From Bacillota bacterium (lineage in GTDB: Bacteria > Bacillota > JAAYKD01): a stretch of DNA of 64,000 nt. The notes beneath the pieces were generated by a model. That model ran no database searches and was not told where the DNA came from. It saw only the letters and a list, made by a program, of their open reading frames with translations. The stretch lies in NCBI GenBank assembly GCA_963666425.2, contig OY762825.2, positions 2,752,001-2,816,000 on the forward strand. The letters are read 5' to 3'. The first letter of the stretch is position 1; the number at the start of each line of letters is the position of its first letter. Positions 9,622-17,762 of the stretch are shown piece after piece. Position numbers and translations under genes: made by a program.

Positions 9622-10515
9622 ATGCAATTTTCCAAAAAACCAATCGGAGATCTGGTCGGCTTTGAATTGGAGATCTTCCAATTTGGTCAGGGTGATGGTC
9701 CGAAGCTGATGGTGACCGCCGGTATTCATGGCGGAGAAGTCAGCGGCACGCATGCCGCCAATCAGCTGATCCAATACCTGACAGAACATGAATCTGAACT
9801 GAAAGGTCAGGTCAAGGTGCTGCCAGTCTGCAATCAGGGTGGTTTCCGCCGCATGGAAAGAACAAATCCTTACGATGATCTGGATATGAATCGGATTTTC
9901 CCCGGCAAACTGGCCGCTTCTCCTACTTTGGTTACCGCCAATCTGATTTATCAGGAAGCTGCCTGGCCGGATGCGATTGTTGATTTGCATTGCTGCGGCA
10001 TTTATGGCAGTAATTATATCCTTTCGATTTGGCACGAATCGGAAAAGGGTAAGAATCTGGCCGGCATGCTGGATATTCCGGTGGTGATCCAGTCCGGCGG
10101 TACCGAAGGTCAATTGTTTGTGGAAGCCAGCCGCAAGCTGGGTAAGGCTGCGGTGATCATCGAATTGGCCGGTGGCCAGCCGACCGGCAGTGTCGATTTG
10201 GCAGCTGCCGAAGAAGCTTATCTTGCATTGGTCAAACTAATTAAGCAATTGGGCATGCTGCCGGGACCGGTTGAGAAACCGGAACCTGTCTTCTGCGGTA
10301 AATTGGAAGGCAAATCTGCCGACTGTAATGGCTTTTTCCTGCCTGCCGTCAACAAAGGCAGTTGGATTAGCCAAGGGCAGCTGATTGGTCATTTGAACGG
10401 GAAAGCAATCAATGCCGAAGCGGATTGCCGCATTCTGCGAGTTGGCCCTGCCCGTTACTTGTTCTGTGGTGATTCACTCTATACATTTGCCCGCAAAGCG
10501 GAATGCAATCAGTAA
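9622..10515 (+). CDS. Succinylglutamate desuccinylase/aspartoacylase family (M14) zinc hydrolase
   Basis: AGIHGGE, DMNRIFPG, DLH and IELAG motifs. Confidence 0.88.
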   Translation: MQFSKKPIGDLVGFELEIFQFGQGDGPKLMVTAGIHGGEVSGTHAANQLIQYLTEHESELKGQVKVLPVCNQGGFRRMERTNPYDDLDMNRIFPGKLAASPTLVTANLIYQEAAWPDAIVDLHCCGIYGSNYILSIWHESEKGKNLAGMLDIPVVIQSGGTEGQLFVEASRKLGKAAVIIELAGGQPTGSVDLAAAEEAYLALVKLIKQLGMLPGPVEKPEPVFCGKLEGKSADCNGFFLPAVNKGSWISQGQLIGHLNGKAINAEADCRILRVGPARYLFCGDSLYTFARKAECNQ

Positions 10516-10534
10516 GAGAGGAGCCTGATGAGCG

Positions 10535-11242
10535 ATGAGCGATTCTGTCTATACCAGTGAACGATTGTCCGAGGGAGTCTTTTGTATCACGCAAGGTCAT
10601 GTGCGGATGTTTTTGATTGAAGGCAAAGAACAAGCACTGCTGTTTGACACCGGTAATCCCGGTGGAGAACTGGCGGCTTATCTTGCCAAGTTAAGTCAAA
10701 AACCTTTAACCGTCGTCCTCAGCCATGCCCATGGCGATCATACCGGCGCTGTGGATCAATTCCCTTTTGTTTATCTGCATCCAGCCGATTTCAGTATGCT
10801 GCCGGCCAATATCGGCGGGCATTTCCTGCCGCTGGTCAAAAGCCAATGCTTTGATTTGGGCGACAGACGGCTCGAAAGCATTGAAATACCCGGTCATACC
10901 CCGGGCAGCATCGCTTTGCTCGACCGAGCCGCCGGGATTCTCTTCTCCGGTGATACGCTGCAGGTCGGACCGATTTATATGTTTGGAGCTTCTGCTTCCT
11001 TTGAACAGCTGCTCGCTTCTCTGGACAAATTGGAGGCATTAGCGCCGTATTACACTGTTGTTTATCCCTGCCATAACAAGCTGCCGGTCGGACCGGAACT
11101 GATTGGGCATTTACGCACCGCCGCCCAAAAAATGCTGGCCGGTCAACTGATCGGTCAGGAAATTGAGCTGAGGCCGGGGCGCAGGATGTGGCTCTATGCG
11201 GATCAGGATGTTTCCTTCTACGGACCGCCGATGCAGTCATAA
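10535..11242 (+). CDS. MBL-fold metallo-hydrolase
   Basis: DTG, SHAHGDH, PGHTPGS, SGD, PCH motifs. Confidence 0.9.
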   Translation: MSDSVYTSERLSEGVFCITQGHVRMFLIEGKEQALLFDTGNPGGELAAYLAKLSQKPLTVVLSHAHGDHTGAVDQFPFVYLHPADFSMLPANIGGHFLPLVKSQCFDLGDRRLESIEIPGHTPGSIALLDRAAGILFSGDTLQVGPIYMFGASASFEQLLASLDKLEALAPYYTVVYPCHNKLPVGPELIGHLRTAAQKMLAGQLIGQEIELRPGRRMWLYADQDVSFYGPPMQS

Positions 11243-11252
11243 AAATAGCAAT

Positions 11253-11299
11253 AAAAATCCCTTGCCGATTTTTCAAAAAAGTCGGCAAGGGATTTTTTT
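11253..11299. terminator. Bidirectional terminator
   Basis: AAAAATCCCTTGCCGA...TCGGCAAGGGATTTTT between convergent genes. Confidence 0.85.
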
Positions 11300-11945
11300 A
11301 TTGCTTGACGGCCAGCAGCCATAAAGTAGAAAGAGCGGAACTCTTTGTTAATTCGGCTTTGGCTGAGAGGCAAAAACCGCAGTCGTTCAGCAGCGACGAA
11401 TAGGCAGAGACGGTTAAAGTGCTGCCAGGAAGTTCGGCCTTGGTTTGGGGATCTGCACTGCCATCCGTTGCTTGCCCGACGAGCAAAGGCACAGCCAAGA
11501 GCAGAGGAGCCTGCCTTTTTAATTGACGGTTGATTTTCTGTAAAACCCAAGCCTGTTGCTCTGCTTCTGTTTCCTGCAGGCTGTTGATCAGCAGAATCCC
11601 GTCAAAATAAGCATCGGGAAAGGGAAAAACCGTAAAATCCGTCAACAGGAAAGCAGCCTGCGGCAGCTTAGCGGCGGCATAACTGATTTGAGCGGAGGAA
11701 TAATCGATACCCAGGTAGCGCCAGCCGCCTTGCAGCAAGGCACGGCCAAAAACCAAAGCGTTGCCGCAGCCATAATCACCGATCAATGCGTTGGGCGGCA
11801 GCGTTTGACAAAAAGAACGGAACAGCTGGGCTGCTGGTTTGGCAAGCTGACCGGCGTTTCCTCTGCTGCTGTCATAATCTCTGCTATTATAGAATGCTTT
11901 GGCTTGCTCGCCGCAATGGTTTTGTATTTCGTTGATGGGAATCAC
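11298..11945 (-). CDS. Class I SAM-dependent methyltransferase (start uncertain)
   Basis: Motif I IGDYGCGN, GIDYS, FPDAYFDGI. The ORF-track N-terminus overlaps the divergent gene and promoter, so it was trimmed to the in-frame GTG. Confidence 0.75.
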   Translation of the reverse strand: MIPINEIQNHCGEQAKAFYNSRDYDSSRGNAGQLAKPAAQLFRSFCQTLPPNALIGDYGCGNALVFGRALLQGGWRYLGIDYSSAQISYAAAKLPQAAFLLTDFTVFPFPDAYFDGILLINSLQETEAEQQAWVLQKINRQLKRQAPLLLAVPLLVGQATDGSADPQTKAELPGSTLTVSAYSSLLNDCGFCLSAKAELTKSSALSTLWLLAVKQ

Positions 11946-12113
11946 CTTCTTCAAGAACGATACTACCTTCATTATAACGAGAGGTGACGGACATAGCAAG
12001 AAAAAGAGAAGGAAAATAACTTGCATAAGCAGAAAGAAAAGAACAGAAGAGAGTGAACGCCAGAGGAAAGCCCCAAAGCGGCTCTTTGGCAAAACAGGAG
12101 GAGAAAAAAGCAA

Positions 12114-12833
12114 ATGTTTTTGGCAAAAATCAATAAGGAACAATTCCTGGCTGCTGTGAAAACAATTGACACACTGATTTTACCGATCGGTTCTCTGGAA
12201 GCGCATGGTTGCCATTGTCCGCTGAGCACCGATATTATCGTTCCGGAGAAAATAGCGGCGATGCTGGACGAACAGTATGGCGACCGAATTTTTATCGCTC
12301 CGGCGGTTGCATATGGTTACTCTCCGTCACTGATTTATTTCCCGGGTACCGTCAGCGTTTCCGGTGAAACACTGGCTAATTACGTCACGGAGATAGTGAC
12401 CTGTTGGACAAATGTCGGGATCAAAAACGTGATTTTGCTGAACGGTCACGGCGGCAATGTGCCTTCCCTGACCTTGGCAGCCAATCGAATCGCCAAAACC
12501 GGCGCCAAAGTGATGTTGGTTAATTGGTGGCTGCATTTTTCCAAAGAAATTCTCACGGTCTGCGATGGCCAGGGCCATGCCGGTGAAGATGAAACCTCTG
12601 TGGTTTTAGCACTGGATCCGACCTTGGTGGACATGAGCAAGGCAAAAGTCTATGAGAAAAAACTGATGATTACGATGATGGCCGACGATATCGTCAAATA
12701 TTCTTATCCCGATGCCATGAACGGTGATGCCACCAAGGCGACAGCCGCCAAGGGAGAGGCGATCTACCAAATGGTAGTCAGACGCCTTGGCACGCTGTTG
12801 GAGCGTCTCTGGCAGGATCGAATCATAGATTAA
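12114..12833 (+). CDS. Creatininase-family amidohydrolase
   Basis: PIGSLEAHGCHCPLSTD, NGHGGN and GHAGEDETS metal-ligand motifs; strong AGGAGG RBS. Confidence 0.92.
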   Translation: MFLAKINKEQFLAAVKTIDTLILPIGSLEAHGCHCPLSTDIIVPEKIAAMLDEQYGDRIFIAPAVAYGYSPSLIYFPGTVSVSGETLANYVTEIVTCWTNVGIKNVILLNGHGGNVPSLTLAANRIAKTGAKVMLVNWWLHFSKEILTVCDGQGHAGEDETSVVLALDPTLVDMSKAKVYEKKLMITMMADDIVKYSYPDAMNGDATKATAAKGEAIYQMVVRRLGTLLERLWQDRIID

Positions 12834-12870
12834 GGCAAGTTTTAGCGAACAAAGCATGCGCTGAAAGTGA

Positions 12871-13764
12871 GTGAATGGATTGCACAACCAAAGTGAAACT
12901 GCGAATCAAACAGAGCTGAATCAAACGATTCACCTGTCCGGCAGTAAATACAGTCTGGAATTAGGCGGCAATCGCGGCGCAGTCCTAATCGGAGACGCCT
13001 TGCATGGCTTCTGGCATCCGCATGCTTTGACCTACATCCAAAACCAAAATTGGCAATTGATGCAGGATGAACTTTGCGAACAAATTGGCAATGGAGCAGC
13101 GATGCTGGCCATTGGCTGGCGTGACCAAGCAGAGATCTCGGCGCTGCAGATGCAAGCTTACCTGGAATTTATCCTGGCAACCGTCGCTGTTTATCCGCTG
13201 CTCCTGGATTTCCCTCGGATAGCAGAGCTCGAAACAGCACTCGAAAAGATACCGGGCAAAGCCTTGATCTTGGCACCTTCTTTGGAAAGCCCGGATTTTC
13301 AAGCCTTCTGCCGGCTGGCATTTCTTAATCAAAAACCGCTGCTGCTGAATTTACGGCGTGAAAAACGAATTCCAGTCAGTGTGGAACAACGCATGCAGCT
13401 GGCGGATGAGACGGTAACCATGGCGCTGCAGGCCGGCTTAAGGCAGGATCAGCTCGCCTTTTTACTGCCATTGCCTTCTGTGACCAACAATGTATTGCCA
13501 CTGCAGGAAGCACTGGCTGCTATTTTACCCTTGAGAGAGAGATATCGAGTACCGGTGATGGTCAGACCGGTGGTCAGTTTTGTCACGTTATCGAAAGCCT
13601 GGCTGCAGTCGGCTGTCTCTGTTTGGGCCCTGGAACGGGGCGCCGATGCCATCATTGTCAATCCGAATTATCGCGAAATCGGTAATATCACGCGGGAAAT
13701 GGCGAATTTATTAGGCCGACCACTGCAAAAAATGCCTTTGGAGATGAAAAGATGGAGAAAATAG
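12871..13764 (+). CDS. Degenerate pterin-binding (MetH/AcsE methyltetrahydrofolate-binding, DHPS-like) domain protein
   Basis: Collinear similarity to pterin-binding barrels (VLIG, EQIGNGA, LETALEKIPGKALI, IPVSVEQR, GADAIIVNP), with the ligand-binding residues replaced. Confidence 0.7.
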   Translation: MNGLHNQSETANQTELNQTIHLSGSKYSLELGGNRGAVLIGDALHGFWHPHALTYIQNQNWQLMQDELCEQIGNGAAMLAIGWRDQAEISALQMQAYLEFILATVAVYPLLLDFPRIAELETALEKIPGKALILAPSLESPDFQAFCRLAFLNQKPLLLNLRREKRIPVSVEQRMQLADETVTMALQAGLRQDQLAFLLPLPSVTNNVLPLQEALAAILPLRERYRVPVMVRPVVSFVTLSKAWLQSAVSVWALERGADAIIVNPNYREIGNITREMANLLGRPLQKMPLEMKRWRK

Positions 13765-15269
13765 AACTGCCAACCGCAGAAATTGAATCGTCCAAAGAAA
13801 CCAATCCGCAAAGATGGGAAGCATGGAAGCGAATTCTGGCGGTAGCGTTTTGTACAGCGATCCTGGGAGAGATGAAACTGACGCCATCCCAGCTGGGTGG
13901 TTCACAGGAATTCGGCTTAGGCATCATCGCTTTTAGTTTTGCCTTACTTTTTTGGCAGGATCTGGATATTCTCAACACCGGTTTCTTTACGGGCATGACT
14001 GTGATTCTGATCAAGGCAGTTCAGCTGTTCCCGGTGGCAGTCAATACAGATCTAGTGGAAATGGCGCTGAAGCTGAACTGGCCGGTACTCTGTTACTATT
14101 TGACCAACGCTTCTATTCTGATTGGCGCAGATGTTCGGCACAATGTGGAGAAGCCGGCTTACATTGCCACTTGGCTGTTCTTGGCTGATTTTTTGGCTAC
14201 TTTTATCGAATTGGTTGTCCGTGGTGAGCAGGAAGCGCTCAATGCCGGTTTTCCCACGGTCGTGCAAATGGTCTATGCCGCTGTATTCCGTACTGCGATT
14301 ACCGTCGCATTTTTCTATATCATTCGTCGCCGGCAAATGGAAGAACGCGCGATTCAGGATAAGGTGAAATATGAAGATTTGCTCATGCTGCTCAATGGTC
14401 TGCATGCAGAAGCGTTTTTCTTACGCAAATCGGCGGGAGATATTGAAAAGACAATGGGAAAAGCTTATGCGCTCTATCGCGTCCTGCAGGATAAGCAAAA
14501 AGAATATGAGCGGGGCGATAAATTAACCCTGGAGGCTTTGGATATCGCCAAGGATATTCATGAAATCAAAAAAGACTACCAGCGGATTGTCGCCGGACTC
14601 GATAAACTGATCAGCGAAGAAAACCTGGGCGCCGATATGTCTTTGGAAGAAATCGTGGAAATTATCTGTTCTACCAACGATTCCTATGCCAAACGGCTCG
14701 GCAAAGACATCGTACTGACCAGTCAGCTGAATTATCATTTTCGCACGGCGCAATATCACTCGATTATCTCAATTTTAAATAACCTGGTTTCCAATGCGAT
14801 TGAAGCCAATGAAATTGCGCCGGGACATATTCAAATCGCTTCTTCACTGATTGGTTGGCATATCTTCATCACGGTGACGGATGACGGACCCGGTATTGAA
14901 GAAATGGATCAACAGATCATCTTTGCTCCGGGTTATACCACGAAATTTTCCGGTGACGGCATGCAGTCAACCGGCATCGGCTTAACCCATGTGCAGTCTA
15001 TTTCCAGAAGTCTGGGGGGAGAAATCTCCGTCACCTCCAAAAAGGGCTTGACTGTATTTACCCTGATGGTACCCAGAAACGCCATTGAAATCGTCTTGAA
15101 CAGCGAGCAGGTGGCAGCCGCCGAAGCATTGAAAAAGAAAGCGGAAGAGGAGAAAAGTAAGGGTCTGCAGGGCGGCAGTCTGCAAACTTTTTCTAAGGAT
15201 TATCAGATGACGCGCCGTGCAGCGGATGTGAAGAAAGCGAAGCCCGGCGAAATCGAACACAAGCAATAA
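13752..15269 (+). CDS. Membrane sensor histidine kinase, GlnK (YcbA)-like
   Basis: Multi-TM N-terminus; H-box DIHEIKKDYQRI; N-box NNLVSNAIEA; DDGPGI; PGYTTK; TGIGL. Confidence 0.9.
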   Translation: MEKIELPTAEIESSKETNPQRWEAWKRILAVAFCTAILGEMKLTPSQLGGSQEFGLGIIAFSFALLFWQDLDILNTGFFTGMTVILIKAVQLFPVAVNTDLVEMALKLNWPVLCYYLTNASILIGADVRHNVEKPAYIATWLFLADFLATFIELVVRGEQEALNAGFPTVVQMVYAAVFRTAITVAFFYIIRRRQMEERAIQDKVKYEDLLMLLNGLHAEAFFLRKSAGDIEKTMGKAYALYRVLQDKQKEYERGDKLTLEALDIAKDIHEIKKDYQRIVAGLDKLISEENLGADMSLEEIVEIICSTNDSYAKRLGKDIVLTSQLNYHFRTAQYHSIISILNNLVSNAIEANEIAPGHIQIASSLIGWHIFITVTDDGPGIEEMDQQIIFAPGYTTKFSGDGMQSTGIGLTHVQSISRSLGGEISVTSKKGLTVFTLMVPRNAIEIVLNSEQVAAAEALKKKAEEEKSKGLQGGSLQTFSKDYQMTRRAADVKKAKPGEIEHKQ

Positions 15270-15291
15270 AGACTCGGATCAGAGAAAATAG

Positions 15292-15337
15292 AAAACTGCT
15301 CAAAAAGGGAAACATCCCGATTTTTGAGCAGTTTTTT
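15292..15337. terminator. Bidirectional terminator
   Basis: AAAACTGCTCAAAAA...TTTTTGAGCAGTTTTTT between the convergent kinase and SDR genes. Confidence 0.85.
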
Positions 15338-15347
15338 AACAATAAAG

Positions 15348-16082
15348 CTAGATGACGAAGCCGCCATTGGGGCTGATGACCTGGCCGGTGATGAATTTTG
15401 CTTTTTCCGAAGTCAGGAAAAAAACCAATTCAGCCACATCGGAGGGGGTACCGATTTTTGCCAAAGGAGTTTCATCCAGGAGGGTTTGTCTGGCTGCAGC
15501 ATCCAGATGAGCATTCATCGCCGTCTCAATCAGGCCAGGAGCCACACAATTCACGCGAATACCACTGGGGCCTACTTCTTTGGCTAAAGCTTTGCTGAAG
15601 CCAATTAAAGCCGCTTTGGCTGCGGAATAAGCAACTTCGCAGGAGGCGCCGCACAGCCCCCAGATGGAAGAGATATTGATGATTTGTCCCGCCTGCTGTC
15701 GGATCATGGCCGGCAGCACCGAGCGGCAGCAAAGGAAGGCTGCGGTGAGATTGACTGCCATCAGCTGGTTCCATTCTGTCAGCGACATCTCCTGTAATAA
15801 ACCGAGATAAGAAATACCTGCATTATTGACCAAGACATTCACCGCACCGCTGACTTCTTCTGTCTGCTGAAACAGCGCCAACACTTGTTCTTCTTTGGTT
15901 AAATCGGCAGGCAAGGCCCAGATGCGGGGATGGAGCAGACGAAGCTCTGCTGCCAAGGCTTGAGCGGCCAAACGTTGACTGTGATATTGCAGGATGACCG
16001 AATCACCATTTTGAGCAAACACGCGGGCTATGGCACCGCCAATCCCACCGGAGGCTCCGGTAACGAGGATCGTTCTAGGCAT
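15348..16082 (-). CDS. ymfI: Short-chain dehydrogenase, FabG-like; probable EF-P 5-aminopentanone reductase
   Basis: TGASGGIG, NNAG, and SSIWGLCGASCEVAYSAAK (YxxxK), characteristic of the YmfI subgroup. Confidence 0.75.
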   Translation of the reverse strand: MPRTILVTGASGGIGGAIARVFAQNGDSVILQYHSQRLAAQALAAELRLLHPRIWALPADLTKEEQVLALFQQTEEVSGAVNVLVNNAGISYLGLLQEMSLTEWNQLMAVNLTAAFLCCRSVLPAMIRQQAGQIINISSIWGLCGASCEVAYSAAKAALIGFSKALAKEVGPSGIRVNCVAPGLIETAMNAHLDAAARQTLLDETPLAKIGTPSDVAELVFFLTSEKAKFITGQVISPNGGFVI

Positions 16083-16143
16083 GGCATCACCTCAAAAAGA
16101 AGAGCGAGCCGCATCTTACGAATACGCTCGCTCTTTTTCGCAA

Positions 16144-17091
16144 TTAATCTCTGGCTTGCTGCTGTACTTCAATGAGCAAAGCTTCCAAGAACTTTTTCAC
16201 GTTGATCTTACCATGATACGGTGATTCCTGACGGAGATAACGCATTTCATTGCGAACTTCCGAGAAATCGAATAAGCGATTGGCATAGGTGTTGAATAAT
16301 TGATGACCGTAGTCTTCAATTCCCAGGGCCGCAACATTGTGTAAAGCGGCACCGACAGCGCGGCGGACGCGTTGTTCGATGGCTTTTTCATCATAAGACG
16401 GACCTTTTTCCTGTGTCTTCTCATACTGTTCCCGTACGGATTTGTAAACGGACTGCAGATGATGCAATTGAATCAAGCCTTCGCCCGGTTCATAGTCTTC
16501 CAACAAGAAGAGAATAATGGTGATAATATCACGGCAGCCCGCTTCGCCTAAGACACCTAAATCTGATAAGATGCGCAGCAATACCTTGCGGGCGCGGTCG
16601 ATATCAAAGGTGGAGCTTTTTGCGGCAACTTGGTTCTGCGCGTTCGGATCGCCGCTGGGTTCCAGGTTGGTTACGGAACTGCGAATGGTCGCAATCGCTT
16701 CCTGCAGCTGCATTTTTTCTAAAACGGATTTGATCACAGAAACGATTTCAACTTTGTTCAAAGGTTTATGAACAAAGAATTCAATCCCGCTGGCATAAGC
16801 CTGACCGATCAGGGTTTGTTCGGAAACTTGGGAAATCATAATAAACTGACCTTTGTAATTCTTCTCGTGCAAATGCTGAATGGTTTGGACGCCATCCTGA
16901 TTGGGAAGCAATAAGTCAATTAAAACAACATCCGGATCTAAATTCGCTACTTCGATTTCAGCTTTCTCGCCGTCGTCAGCCTGACCGATTACACGGCCAA
17001 GTTCATCACCTTCAATAATCTTATGAAGGATACGACGAATGCTTGGATCATCATCTACGAGATAAAAAGTTCTTTTCATTTCATTCTTCAC
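16144..17091 (-). CDS. Response regulator with YcbB output domain, GlnL-like
   Basis: Receiver LVDDD, IDLLLP, MISQV, HKP; output motifs KAIEQRVRRA and LFDFSEVRNEMR...GKINVKKFL. Confidence 0.9.
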   Translation of the reverse strand: MKNEMKRTFYLVDDDPSIRRILHKIIEGDELGRVIGQADDGEKAEIEVANLDPDVVLIDLLLPNQDGVQTIQHLHEKNYKGQFIMISQVSEQTLIGQAYASGIEFFVHKPLNKVEIVSVIKSVLEKMQLQEAIATIRSSVTNLEPSGDPNAQNQVAAKSSTFDIDRARKVLLRILSDLGVLGEAGCRDIITIILFLLEDYEPGEGLIQLHHLQSVYKSVREQYEKTQEKGPSYDEKAIEQRVRRAVGAALHNVAALGIEDYGHQLFNTYANRLFDFSEVRNEMRYLRQESPYHGKINVKKFLEALLIEVQQQARD

Positions 17092-17762
17092 CTTTCTTGA
17101 TTTTTTTGATTTTGTCGGTTACTATCATATGAGTTAGTATAACATAACTCATTGGAGAAATAAAGACATAAGTGGACAATATTTTGGGGTATTATGTAGC
17201 CTTAGTCAAATTCTGCCGCAGTGGAAAATACGCCTGCTGCCATTGGTTGGTTGATATGATTTTTGGGTCTTAACTCTTTCTGTTTTTCTATGAAGCAGGT
17301 AGAAACACAGAATAGATCAGGAAAAAATCACAATATCTTGAATTTCGATATGTGCCTATTCTATCACGGTCCAAATGGAAAATCAATCCTTTTCTACATG
17401 TATGCAAGAAGAAGTTTATGATAGAAAATAAAGTGAGTAGAGGAAAAGTATCTTATTTTATCATTGCCACTCTACAACAGACAAAGTGGTTTTCAATTCC
17501 ATCATGAAGCAACAAGGAAAAAGCAGCAGTAATCCGGAACTTAAGAAGAGAAGAAAGTCGGTTTGCCTGTGCATCGGATGGTCGGTTTGCTGAACCTGCA
17601 GGGTGATTTTCCTTCTCTGCAAAGCAGGAACAGCAGTCTGTGGCAAGCAAATTTCAAGCTGTCAGCCGACAAGGAAGAGATAAAAGAAATTGAATTTTGC
17701 TCAGGTTAAAAGAGTTCCGCTGGATTTTAGTGAGAAAGTTGTTTCAAGCAAAGGAGACACCG

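Noticed and set aside
17165-17202. dif-like site (TTATGTAGCCT resembles a XerD arm)
   Set aside because: No matching XerC arm at 6-bp spacing, so the 28-bp dif layout is not met.
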